Positions 38,021 through 48,103 of a stretch of 64,000 nucleotides of DNA are shown here, in pieces (the first letter of the stretch is position 1; each line of letters begins with the position of its first letter). The translations under genes and the position numbers were made by a program. The stretch comes from Candidatus Latescibacterota bacterium (GTDB lineage Bacteria; Latescibacterota; UBA2968; GCA-2709665). The notes beneath the pieces were generated by a model that had not been told where the DNA came from, made no database searches, and worked only from the letters and a program-made list of their open reading frames with translations. The DNA is taken from NCBI GenBank assembly GCA_965237675.1, contig OZ250150.1:416001-480000 (forward strand), given 5' to 3'.

Positions 38021-39202
38021 TGCCACCGACGCCTTTCCCGCCAGCGAGTTCGACTTCATGTTGTCCAATCCGCCCTACGGCAAAAGTTGGAAAGGCGACC
38101 TGGAACGCATGGGCGGGAAGTCAGGTATCCGGGATCCCCGTTTTATCGTCGAGCACGAGGGCGACCCGGAACACTCCCTGATTACCCGTTCCAGCGACGG
38201 ACAGATGATGTTCCTGGCCAATATGCTGAGCAAGATGAAGCAGGACAGGACGAGAGCAACATCCGCCGGTGGATCATCGAGAACGACTGGCTGGAGGCCA
38301 TTGTTGCGTTGCCGCTCAACATGTTTTACAACACCGGCATCGCCACGTACATCTGGGTGTTGACGAACCGCAAACCCGCGCATCGCCGTGGCAAAGTGCA
38401 ACTCATCGACGCCACGCAATGGTCCAGACCGCTACGCAAGAATCTCGGCAACAAGAACTGCGAACTGTCGGACGATGACGTGACGCGGATCTGCGATACC
38501 TTTCTCGCCTTTGAGGAGAACGAGCAGTCGAAGATCTTCCCCAACGAGACCTTCGGCTACTGGAAGGTCACGGTCGACCGGCCCTTGCGGCTCAGCGTAG
38601 ACCTGTCGCCGGACCATCGCGAACGCTTTCGAGCCGCCTGTCACGACGCTAGGGAAGAGCCGCTTGCAGACGTCATCGATCGTGTAGCATTGGTCCTAGG
38701 CGCTGGGCCTCACAGTGACTTCAACCAGTTCCTGGACGTCGTTGCAAAGTACGCCCCTGAGTGCGGCGTTAAACTGACAGCCGGACGCACAAAGCTGCTT
38801 CAGTCTGCCCTGGCATCCCGCGAAAACGCCGCCGAGCCCATTGTAAAAAGGTTCCATCGTCCGGGAAACGTCGAACCCGACTCGATACGTGGTCTGGTTG
38901 AAACAACTGTAGACGGCAGGCGACGGGTCGTCGAGTACGAACCCGACACCGAACTGCGCGACACCGAGCAGGTGCCTTTGCTCGAAGAGCGCGGTATCGA
39001 GCGCTTCCTGCGCCGAGAGGTGCTGCCCTATGCTCCTGAAGCCTGGTACGAGCCGAGCAGTGTCAAGGTCGGCTACGAAATCAGCTTCACGCGCTACTTC
39101 TACAAACCGCAGCCGATGCGTACCCTCGAAGAAATACGGGCCGACATTCTGGCGCTGGAGCGGGAAACAGAGGGACTTTTGGAGGAAATTCTCGGCGAGT
39201 AA
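38019..39202 (+). pseudogene. hsdM: Type I RM methyltransferase HsdM: 5'-truncated, internal deletion and frameshift
   Basis: DAFPASEFDFMLSNPPYGKSWK..LSKMKQ, then frame change at ~38240 to AGQDESNIRRWIIENDWLEAIVALP.NMFYNTGIATY...GYEISFTRYFYKP. The N-terminal half including motif I is absent. Confidence 0.88.
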
Positions 39203-39682
39203 ATCCAAACGGCGCCGTAATTTAACGCAGCCCTTTACATGGAAACCATTGTTTCCCATATTAAACGCTGCCTTTAATAAGGCCGCGGTCATGCGCTATA
39301 GTGAACGTAGCCTTCAACGTAAATCATACAGACGCACGAGCCTCTTAACGCACACTAATAGATTTGGAAGAACGGGAGGGGGAAAGCCTCGCGTACCGAA
39401 TCACCCCTACACGTAACGTTCACCGGCCGAATCGAATCCTCGCTTAAATTCATTTAGGCCGAAGTTAAAATGCTGGTACAGGATTCCGAACACTTAATGG
39501 AGGAGAATATCGGAGTCCGTGGCTTATGACCGATTGACAGAAAGGAACGTGCCCGCCGTACTCGGCAGACAATCCCTTCGCCACTGCCGCACAATAGTAA
39601 GTTTGCTCAAAAAGCAAAATTGCAGTTAAATTAGTTGACGCAATTAGCATTCACTTTTTAACGTGTCAGGATTGCCGTTGCG

Positions 39683-39979
39683 ATGATTTTCAATGACCTG
39701 ATCCAGGAATTGAACGAAGACGTGCGAAATGCAATCGATGAACTCTTCAATGCTGCATGGACGAATCAGAGTCATCCACAGGATTTGCTTCTCATTGACC
39801 AACATGGATACTATGACAACGTGTTTGCAGGTGTTCCGGAGAACCCTAATGTGATCGGACCCGGAGAGATAGGCTTCAGCGAAGATACATTCTACGAATT
39901 TATCGACATATTCTCTGTCGATATGCGAACACTATACATCATATGGCTCCGCTCCTCCCCATTCTCGTCCCGTGTTTAG
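39683..39979 (+). pseudogene. Hypothetical protein, probably a 3'-truncated fragment
   Basis: Protein-like for about 75 aa, then runs into unrelated opposite-strand sequence. Confidence 0.4.
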
Positions 39980-40165
39980 ATCATCACTTCATACAGGGTA
40001 TCCTGTTTTAAATCGACAAAAGCACATTCACGAATGCGAGTTACAAACCCTATCCCCAATTCATAGATCCTTTCTCCCGAATCCGAACCACATACGATTC
40101 TTCCATGGGCTCTACATGACTAACGTCAACTATTTTTTCTGTTCAACGACAATTAGAATTCCCGA

Positions 40166-40930
40166 TCAGTGGTGATGTTTGTGGTGTTTTTGTGCGTGTT
40201 CGAGTCGGTAGCTTTTGAGGTTCATATCGATGATGATGGCGTGATGTACGAGTCGGTCGATCACCGCGGCGGTAGTCATAGGGTCCTTGAAGATGGCCTC
40301 CCATCCGGAGAAGGGCAGGTTTGAAGTGATCATGACGCTTGCTCGCTCGTAGCGATGTGCCAGGAGGGCGAAGAGGACTTCCATCTCTTCGCGGCTGTGC
40401 TGGACGTAGCCGATATCGTCGAGGAGGAGGGCATCGTATTTGGCAAAGCGTTTGAGGAGGCGTGGCAAGCGCAGATCACGTTTGGCCAGAAGGAGTTCCT
40501 GTACCAGCAGGTTGCAGGGCGTGAACAGGATGCGGCGTCCCTGATGGATGAGGGTCTGCGCGATGGCACAAAGCAGATGGGTTTTCCCGCTGCCCGGGGG
40601 CCCGAAGGCGAGCACATTTTCCGTCCGGTCGAGGAAGGCGCCGTCCACAAGGGTTGCGACGAGGGCGTTTTGGGGTGCGGGCAGTCGTGTGCGGTCAAAC
40701 ATCTCCAGGCTTTTCTCCAACGGCAGCTTCGACTCGCGTAGGAAGCGGAGGGTGCGGTTGTGTTGGCGCACCTCGCATTCTTGCTGAAGCAGGTCCAGGA
40801 GATAGTGCTCATAGCTTTGTCCTTCCCGTCTTGCCAGTTCGGCCTGCTGTGCAAAGGCTTGCCGTATGGTGGGCAGGCGCAACGTCTTGAGACAGCCCAC
40901 CAGGTCGGATCGCAAACGATCGGTGCTCAT
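40166..40930 (-). CDS. istB: IS21 helper ATPase IstB
   Basis: GPPGSGKTHL, LLLDDIGY, RYERAS.MITSNL.FS.W..IF.DPMTTAAVIDRLVHH, SYR. Confidence 0.93.
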   Translation of the reverse strand: MSTDRLRSDLVGCLKTLRLPTIRQAFAQQAELARREGQSYEHYLLDLLQQECEVRQHNRTLRFLRESKLPLEKSLEMFDRTRLPAPQNALVATLVDGAFLDRTENVLAFGPPGSGKTHLLCAIAQTLIHQGRRILFTPCNLLVQELLLAKRDLRLPRLLKRFAKYDALLLDDIGYVQHSREEMEVLFALLAHRYERASVMITSNLPFSGWEAIFKDPMTTAAVIDRLVHHAIIIDMNLKSYRLEHAQKHHKHHH

Positions 40931-42120
40931 CGGGCGGCCACCTCCAGTGGGTGCAGGAGCCCATCGTAGGGGTTCAGATCTACCGAAGGGATGGCGACGT
41001 CGGGGATGATGGGCACGTCGGCTTGTTGCTGCCCGATGAGCGTTTCGACGGCTTCGGCGCTTTTGAGGCTATCCTGTCGCAGAAGATGACAAAGGGCCTG
41101 TTCCACCTTGGTTTGGCTCTCCTTGGCGGCAAGGTGGAGGATGCGCAGATATGCACTGTCGGCACGCCGTGGGGTATGATGGGCTCGCAGGCTGTCGTAG
41201 GCCATCCGGAAGCGGCTGGTGGGAAACAGGTCCGCACGGTAGCGATAGTTTTCAAAAGCGCCGGGCTTACGCACCAGCCAGTCGATGATATGCCGGTACT
41301 GGATCAGGTGGCGGCTTTCCCCACGCAGCCGGGGCAGGCGCTCGAGAAAGCGGGCGCCATACCACACCTCGATGTGTTCGGCGTGGACACGCACCTCCAC
41401 CGTCTCCCCGATCAGGCGGCTGTTGACCGAGTAGACGTTGTGGACCACGCGGATGGTGCTGCTTTTCCCGACTTTGACCCGCAGGCGCTTGCAGGTCTCC
41501 AGACGCCTTTGGGGAAGGGGACGCAACAGGGCCAACTCTTCCTGCACGCGATCCTTCCGGCCGGCGTTGAGTTGGGAAAGCAGACGGCGTACAAAGCGCT
41601 CATAGGATCTGCGGGTGTCAAACGCCCGGGAGCCACGCAACATCAGGGCCTGGTCCAGGGCCTGCTTGAAGCGGTAGTGACGCTGCTCCACGTCGCCATT
41701 CTCGTGTGGCTTGGCAGCCTGGGTCGCACGGGCTTCCAAGGCCAAGTGGGACAGCAGCGCCCGATAACGTGCGGTGAAGATCTCCTGGCGCCCCACATCC
41801 TGAACCGCCGCACTGAGCCGGTCCGTCTGGTGGGTACGGGGCACGCCGCCAAGCTCCCAAAGCGCCTGCTGCAGCCCTCCACTGAGGCTCTCAAAGCTCT
41901 CGGAGAAGCAGATGGAGGCCGTCTCCCAGTTGGAATACGTCAGCACGAAGGGGTAGACCAAATGATCGAAAGGCAAGCCACCGAGGGTCACACATAGGTC
42001 GTTGAGACACGTAAAATCCGACTGGCAACGGTCTGAGGGATAGTGCACCTGAGGGAAAAATACCTCCCGAGGAGGACCGGCTGTGGCACGCCACACCTTC
42101 ACGCGGCGCTGTAACGTGCG
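40927..42120 (-). pseudogene. istA: IS21 transposase IstA lacking its N-terminal HTH region
   Basis: RTLQRRVK.WR, QSDFT, LTYSNWE, ELGGVP..HQTDRLSAA, HENGDVEQ, RKPGAF..YRYR..LFP. Confidence 0.85.
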
Positions 42121-43174
42121 AAACGATTGCTTGCGTTGTGGCATCAGTCCCAGGCGATGGAGGGTGAGGGTTTCTTCGAGCCCTTCCTCCAGGCTGTTGA
42201 GGGCCGAAGCATTCATCAGGGTCAGGGAGGGTTTGAGGGCATACAGCGCGGCTTTGGCTTCTTTGTGCGTGTCCATGTCGTAGGCACTTTGAAGCGCTTT
42301 CTTGACCTCACTCTGCTGTGTCTTGGGCAAATAGGCGATCACGTTCTCCCGTTTGTGCCACTGACAGCGTTGAATGGCGACATAACCGGAAAGGGCTTTT
42401 GTGAGGGCACTATACAATCCCTTGGAGCCATCGATGAGGCAAAGCAGCCCCTGATGATACACCAACCCGCGATGGATGAGCGAATCCACAAAACTGGCGG
42501 CACACGCGCTCATTTTCGCTGGCGGCCTGGACAAAGCCCAGTGGGATCTTGTGTCCCTGGATCGTCACGCCAAGGGCGATGATCATTTCCTGATCGGCAA
42601 AGGTCTTGCCATCCATAAACAGCGCCACGAGGTCATAGCCGGACAGAGGCCGTTCTTGAAACTGCTTCAGTTTTGCCCCTGAAGCCTTAATAAACCGCCT
42701 CGAGACCGTCGACGAAGACAGGCCAAACGCCTCTGGCACCGCCTCGGCGCAACTCGCGTAAGAACGCGTGGCAATGCCGTTGACCACGCGAAGCAGCAGC
42801 CCTTCATCCATCGTTTTCGGGCGCTGCAGGCGGCGATAGACCTCTAAAGGGACTTCTACATTGGCTTCCACGTCGCGCACCCGCGGCACAGAAATGGGCA
42901 CTTTCTGATCTGACAAATACACCGATCCTGGTTGCGTGCCCCACCGACGATTCGGGGTCTTTCCCCCTTTTCGACTGTTTTTCTGGCCCGACAACCCGTT
43001 GACCTCGCCCTGTAGAGCTTCTTTCACAGCTTCCAAACCAAGCGGGATCAGCGCCTGGATCAATGCCACGCGGACGTCCAGTTCCGACAGCGCTTCTTCA
43101 AGATCCATGCCGGAGGTTAAACCGGCATCCGTATTCAACTTGACTTCACGGAGGTTCGACGGTACTTTTTTCAT
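42115..43174 (-). pseudogene. IS256-family transposase, frameshifted and 3'-truncated
   Basis: PRVRD, GLSSSTVSR, LFMDG, ALGV..QG.K.PLG, SEN; frameshift at ~42492; then IDGSKGL, QRCQWHKRENV, SLEEGLEETLT, SFRT. Confidence 0.88.
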
Positions 43175-43448
43175 CACAGGCTCCTTTGCTTGAGGATACA
43201 GTTTTCTTCCGCGAGACAACTGCATCCAATTTACATCGGAGCCTCTTCTATTTCAACTAAGATAGATACAATCCCGCCTTGGGGAAGGGGTCTGGGTTAG
43301 TTTACGAACCGCTTGCCATACCGGGAATTTTAATTGTCGTTAGAACGGATTTTTAAATGTTGCTAATCATCTACAATCACAACATCTGAAGAATGCATGC
43401 AAAACTCCATACTGTTTAGTAATATCCAGTTGAGATTACAGAAAAGAG

Positions 43449-44348
43449 ATGATGATGGCAAACGACATTATAAATACATTGATCGAAGAGCGTATTGATG
43501 TATTCCGTTTTGCGTTTTCCATAAGTGCGAAAGCACTCTTTCGCGATGACGATAAATTGAATAAGATCAGACATCCGGGTGAATTCGGTGTATATAGAGA
43601 AGCAATTGTTCGAGATTTTCTACAATCATTCTTGCCTCAAAAATTGGCTATTGATACAGGATTCGTTGTAAATGCTTTGGGAGAAACCAGCAAGCAGATA
43701 GATCTGGTTGTCTACGATCCATCGTTTACTCCGTATCTGGAATCGAAAAATCGTCAGAGGTTCTTTCCTGTAGAAACAGTAATAGCTGTTGGGGAGGTGC
43801 GATCCGATGTGAACCGTGCCCAATTTGAAGATGCTTTGATTCGCATATCAGAAGTAAAGAAGATGCGCGCAAATTTGCCCAAAGAGGCAGGCGTAGTAAA
43901 AAAGTGGTACGGCTTGGGAGATCATGAATACGATCCAGACAAGATTCCGTTTGATCAAGTCTTTACATTCCTATTGTGTAATCGTATCAATTTCCCTCTA
44001 AGGGAGACTTTCCCATCACAACTGAACGAAATATACAAGTCTGTGAAGTATACCCATCGTCATAACGCGGTACTTAGCCTTGAGGATGGTCTTGTTCACT
44101 ATGTAGGTGAGTTTCCACCGGGCGAGTTCGCAGATTGCTCTTTCCCCACTTTGCCAGGGGGAAATCAGCCCAACCGTAACAAATGGATACATAGTTACGA
44201 TGATACCTACATCCCCTTAAAGATGTTCTGTTCAGATCTATTTATGCATGCTCTGCACTGCACGATAGGACATTGCAATTTGATTGAGTATGCTAAATCC
44301 GACAGTAGGCACCAATTCTTGGAGGAGGGACCGAAGTCTGATGAGTGA
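43449..44348 (+). CDS. DUF6602-like protein (predicted PD-(D/E)xK-type nuclease fold)
   Basis: HPGEFG.YRE.IVRDFL..FLP....IDTGFVV, SKQIDLVVYD, FFPVE.V.AVGEVRS; low GC. Confidence 0.72.
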   Translation: MMMANDIINTLIEERIDVFRFAFSISAKALFRDDDKLNKIRHPGEFGVYREAIVRDFLQSFLPQKLAIDTGFVVNALGETSKQIDLVVYDPSFTPYLESKNRQRFFPVETVIAVGEVRSDVNRAQFEDALIRISEVKKMRANLPKEAGVVKKWYGLGDHEYDPDKIPFDQVFTFLLCNRINFPLRETFPSQLNEIYKSVKYTHRHNAVLSLEDGLVHYVGEFPPGEFADCSFPTLPGGNQPNRNKWIHSYDDTYIPLKMFCSDLFMHALHCTIGHCNLIEYAKSDSRHQFLEEGPKSDE

Positions 44349-44612
44349 TTGGGCCTAACCCAAAACCATTTTCACCAACTATCAGGCTTACCATCCTACA
44401 TTTCCCCTTGTCAAGTTCAGTATGTAATCCCCATTGATTTTGTCTGATGTTATGACGGTTGCGAGCATGTCCCTTACGAATATACGCAATGGTAGGATCA
44501 CCGATGTCGAATCGGCAATCAGGGCCAATGGCTTAACCAATAGAACCAACCATTATACGTTTGCAGGATAGACGGAAAAAAGCCTGTCAGATTGCTGAGA
44601 GTGAGGTCAAGA

Positions 44613-45095
44613 ATGGACTTGATGACGTTTTTTAAGGATTTCCATTTGGATAAAGTCAAGATAGGCCCCAATTGGGCGAACGCGGAAATCAGCTTTAAAC
44701 AGAATGATCGAGATGCTGCATGGGAAATGTACGTCGAGATGCTGACGAGAATCGTCACCCAACCGATGCCCTCTGAAACGGGCGACGAAAAGACGGCTCT
44801 CGACAGTGTATACGCACTTTTCGGAATTACTCGCGAGATTCTGCGACGGCATGGACGCGACACTGTGAACTTCAGCAAGGTTGCCATACCGGTACTTAAC
44901 CAAATTGTGCGACCATTCACTGCAAAATGGCATAAGGAAAGTATAGCGGGAGCTTTTGCTTGCGAGACCAAACGACTCGAATTCCGGGAAGAACTCGAAA
45001 ACCTGCAGTGTGAATTGCGTAACTACAACTCATTGTTGGCAAAGATTGCAGAAGTGGAAGATCTGACCAACTTGGAGCGGACAGACCCCAGTTGA
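44613..45095 (+). CDS. Conserved helical hypothetical protein, first gene of the TIR operon
   Basis: DRDAAWEMYVEMLTRIVTQP, ALDSVYALF..TREILR, VLNQIVRPFTAKWH, FREELE.LQ.EL..Y; RBS GAGG. Confidence 0.75.
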   Translation: MDLMTFFKDFHLDKVKIGPNWANAEISFKQNDRDAAWEMYVEMLTRIVTQPMPSETGDEKTALDSVYALFGITREILRRHGRDTVNFSKVAIPVLNQIVRPFTAKWHKESIAGAFACETKRLEFREELENLQCELRNYNSLLAKIAEVEDLTNLERTDPS

Positions 45096-45125
45096 CGAAA
45101 AACGCGCTACAAAGGAGTAAACACA

Positions 45126-45611
45126 ATGGCCGAAGAAACGAGAAACATCTTTATAAGTCACATCCACGAAGATGATGAAGGTCTGGGCAAGCTCAAGAGT
45201 CTCTTGAAGGACAACGGAATGACCATCAGGGATTATTCTATAAATAGGGATAACCCCAACAATGCCCATTCGGAAAACTACATCAAGTCGGAAATTCTCG
45301 CACCACGCATACGGCAATCAAGTACTCTAGCTGTATATATCTCGCCTGAAACCAAAGATAGTCCGTGGGTAGACTGGGAAATCGAGTATGCACATAAACA
45401 TGGCAAACGCATTGTTGGCGTGTGGGCGCACGGTGAATCGGGCTGCGATGTTCCAGATGCCTTGGAGAAATATGCGGACGCTATAGTTGGTTGGACTGGT
45501 AATCGAATCATGGATGCCATAAACGGAAGAATAGATGGTTGGGAAAACCCCGACGGAACAAAGAAAACGCGTCGTGAAATCGAGCGATATAGTTGTGGAA
45601 AAAACCGATAG
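45126..45611 (+). CDS. TIR-domain protein (DUF1863/ThsB-like)
   Basis: NIFISH..ED, YIK..I...IRQSS.L.V.I..ET..SPWVDWEIEYA (catalytic Glu), KRIVGV; RBS AAGGAG. Confidence 0.88.
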   Translation: MAEETRNIFISHIHEDDEGLGKLKSLLKDNGMTIRDYSINRDNPNNAHSENYIKSEILAPRIRQSSTLAVYISPETKDSPWVDWEIEYAHKHGKRIVGVWAHGESGCDVPDALEKYADAIVGWTGNRIMDAINGRIDGWENPDGTKKTRREIERYSCGKNR

Positions 45612-46221
45612 TCGAAGGCTGTTTTCGTATGTAATAGCTCGTGACTACGGATTCGCGCCCAATCCGTTTTTCGGTGTGTGCACATTGGCCACATGCAAAC
45701 CGAGGATTCGTCAAACAGCTTCCATTGGGGACTGGATCATAGGCACAGGCAGCAGCAAATACGGTAGACAAGGATACCTGATATTCGCCATGCGCATAAC
45801 CGAAACATTGACATTTAATGAGTACTGTAACAACGAGCGGTTTCAAAGAAAAAAGCCAAACATGATGGGCAGCATAAAACAGGCATTTGGCGACAATATT
45901 TACTTTGTGGCTGACGACGGGCAATGGGAGCAGCTAGATTCTCATCACAGCTACCGAGACGGTTCACCAAATACGCATAATATCCAGAATGACACAAAAA
46001 CAGATCGAGTCCTATGCAGCACAGACTTTGTATATTGGGGAAGATCTGGACCTAAAATACCCCAAGAATTAAGGGACTATCGTGGATGCGACATTTGTTG
46101 CCTAACACAGGGGCACAAATGTCGGTTCCCGAATGGTCTGGTTGACCGCTTTATTGGGTGGATACGATCTCTAAACCAACGTGGATATCTTGACGCACCT
46201 ATAGAGTGGAAGACACCATGA
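45595..46221 (+). CDS. Nucleotide modification associated domain 2 (Nmad2) protein
   Basis: RLFSYVIARDYGFAPNPFFG.CTLATCKP.IR..A.IGDWIIG, GDNIY, VL.S..F.YWG. Confidence 0.85.
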   Translation: MEKTDSRRLFSYVIARDYGFAPNPFFGVCTLATCKPRIRQTASIGDWIIGTGSSKYGRQGYLIFAMRITETLTFNEYCNNERFQRKKPNMMGSIKQAFGDNIYFVADDGQWEQLDSHHSYRDGSPNTHNIQNDTKTDRVLCSTDFVYWGRSGPKIPQELRDYRGCDICCLTQGHKCRFPNGLVDRFIGWIRSLNQRGYLDAPIEWKTP

Positions 46222-47393
46222 CCTTGAGACCGTCACCATCTGTGGTAGTCAAGCGTGGTAAATTGGACATGGAGACGTCTATGCTAATTAGCAACTATAT
46301 GCGTGAGATCGAGCACACGGATAGACTTCCTCAAGATAAATTGCAACCAGTTTTGATGGGGTTATTTGGAGAAATAGGCAGTATCATGGCGACGGTGAAG
46401 AAGGCCCACAGGGAACGAGCCGCGTACGCCGGATACCAGCAGGCGGTAGAAGAAGAGTTCGGTGATGTACTTTGGTATTTTGCGACACTGTGTCGACGTC
46501 TCGACACCGGTGTTGACATCATTCTTTCCGAAACCATAGATCAATCCAAATACAATAAGGTCGTCGCGGCAAGTGATCACTTGGATGGCCCTGTTTCTCA
46601 GGTCTCCTCCGTGGGTCAATTACATGATCTTGACAAGACGCTACTTAATCTTGGAGAAGCTACAGCCGCGCTGCTTGGAATCGAGAGATTGGACGAACGC
46701 ACGGAAGATTCGCTGCGCAATTTTTCAGATTGCTACCTGCAAGCCCTTCAAGCCGCCCGGGTGAGCTTTTCGAAGGTTGTTCGGATGAACATCGACAAGG
46801 TATGCGGGCGTTTTCGCGAGCCCGATATAGAGGCTTTGCCAACATTTGACAGCAGCTTTACGCAAGAGGAAAGGCTTCCCCAAGATTTCAAGATTGAAAT
46901 CAGTCAGCGCGCGAGCGGACAAAGTTACCTTCAATGGAACAATGTATTCATTGGGGATCCACTCACGGACAATATCGATGATGAAGATGGCTATAGATTC
47001 CACGATGTGTTTCATTTTGCACATGCTGCAATACTTCACTGGTCTCCTACGTTTCGCGCCTTGATAAAGCACAAACGAAAAAGTGATCCCAAGGTCGATG
47101 AGGTTCAAGATGGGGGCAGGGCGAGGGTTGTTGAGGAAGGACTTACTGCGTGGATATTCTCGTGCGCTAAAAATCTCGATTTTTTTCGGGGCCACAGTAC
47201 CGTCTCGTTTGATTTACTAAAAACCGTGCAACAGTTCGTCCGGGGATATGAAGTTCAAAAATGTCCACTAAAACTGTGGGAACGGGCTATTCTAGACGGC
47301 TACACAGTATTTAGGCAAGTCCGAGAGAACGACGGCGGGATCGTAATTGGAGATCGTGAAGCCCGTACGATTAAGTACCATTCAACTGATTGA
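46218..47393 (+). CDS. MazG-like pyrophosphohydrolase fused to MazG-C domain
   Basis: GLFGEIGS..KK, EEFGDVLWYF; C-domain DGYRFHDVFH (DxYRxHDxxH), WSP.FR.L.K.KRKS, DGGRA..VEEG; ATGA overlap with Nmad2. Confidence 0.88.
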   Translation: MTLRPSPSVVVKRGKLDMETSMLISNYMREIEHTDRLPQDKLQPVLMGLFGEIGSIMATVKKAHRERAAYAGYQQAVEEEFGDVLWYFATLCRRLDTGVDIILSETIDQSKYNKVVAASDHLDGPVSQVSSVGQLHDLDKTLLNLGEATAALLGIERLDERTEDSLRNFSDCYLQALQAARVSFSKVVRMNIDKVCGRFREPDIEALPTFDSSFTQEERLPQDFKIEISQRASGQSYLQWNNVFIGDPLTDNIDDEDGYRFHDVFHFAHAAILHWSPTFRALIKHKRKSDPKVDEVQDGGRARVVEEGLTAWIFSCAKNLDFFRGHSTVSFDLLKTVQQFVRGYEVQKCPLKLWERAILDGYTVFRQVRENDGGIVIGDREARTIKYHSTD

Positions 47394-47402
47394 GACTTGC
47401 TC

Positions 47403-48050
47403 ATGGATCTGTCGGGTTTTTTGAAGGAACTGAAGGAATTGGATTTTGAGAACACCTTTAATCCTTACACCCATCGCTGTGATGTTCACGATCTGGTCGA
47501 TGCCCCCGAACGCCGTCTACGTCTGCTGCAGTCTATGCTAGAAATGGCAACAGAAACAGAAATTGACTCAATGTGGATAGGACGTGATCTCGGATATCGT
47601 GGCGGTAGGCGAACAGGCCTTGCTTTTACGGATGATGTACATATTGGACAACACGGCGCCCGTTGGGGGTTATCTGTTCAGCGGCCGACCAAAAACGAAA
47701 TGGCTGCCGAGCGGACAGCGGGTGTTATCTGGACTGTTCTGTCCCAGGTTAAAGTGTCCGTTTTTCTCTGGAATGTATTCCCACTGCACCCGCATGAAGG
47801 CGGTAATCCTTTCAGTAATCGATCTCATAACTCTGTTGAACGCCAGACAGGGGAAATGCTACTTTCTCAACTACTACTCCTCCTAAATCCGCGCCGACTA
47901 GTTGCAATCGGCAATGATGCGGCACGTACTGTACGTCAGTTAAGCGACAATCTGGAATTCATCCATGTACGACATCCCAGCTATGGCGGAAAGGCACAAT
48001 TTTTAGCCCAAATGTGCGAGTTATACAAACTCGAATCAGACCTCTTTTAG
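47403..48050 (+). CDS. Uracil-DNA glycosylase superfamily protein
   Basis: FNPY, GRDLGYRGGRRTGLAFT, ERTA, LWNVFPLHPH..NR, VAIGN.A, RHPSYGG. Confidence 0.85.
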   Translation: MDLSGFLKELKELDFENTFNPYTHRCDVHDLVDAPERRLRLLQSMLEMATETEIDSMWIGRDLGYRGGRRTGLAFTDDVHIGQHGARWGLSVQRPTKNEMAAERTAGVIWTVLSQVKVSVFLWNVFPLHPHEGGNPFSNRSHNSVERQTGEMLLSQLLLLLNPRRLVAIGNDAARTVRQLSDNLEFIHVRHPSYGGKAQFLAQMCELYKLESDLF

Positions 48051-48103
48051 ACGTCTCCGTAATCAACTATGCTGACCCCTTCAGGGCAATATGGGAACCA
48101 TTG

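Larger units (their letters stand above)
40140..43346 (-). mobile_element. IS21-family element with nested, fused IS256-family remnant
   Basis: IRs TGTTCAACGACAATTAGAATTCCC (40140) / GGGAATTTTAATTGTCGTTAGAAC (43346); contains istB, the 3' part of istA and an IS256 transposase with its own end at 43275. Confidence 0.78.

Noticed and set aside
37868-39202. The 444-aa ORF as a genuine intact protein
   Set aside because: A chance read-through of REP, RAYT fragment and out-of-frame hsdM into the hsdM C-terminus.
39410-39470. Imperfect hairpin TAAC...CGGCCGAATCGAAT..ATTCATTTAGGCCGAAGTTAA as an attC site; also GCCTAAC at ~44353
   Set aside because: Weak pairing, no convincing L boxes, single occurrences, no intI.
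44613-45611. Calling the TIR locus canonical Thoeris or CBASS
   Set aside because: No ThsA-type effector (SIR2-STALD, TM-macro, caspase) and no CD-NTase in the window.
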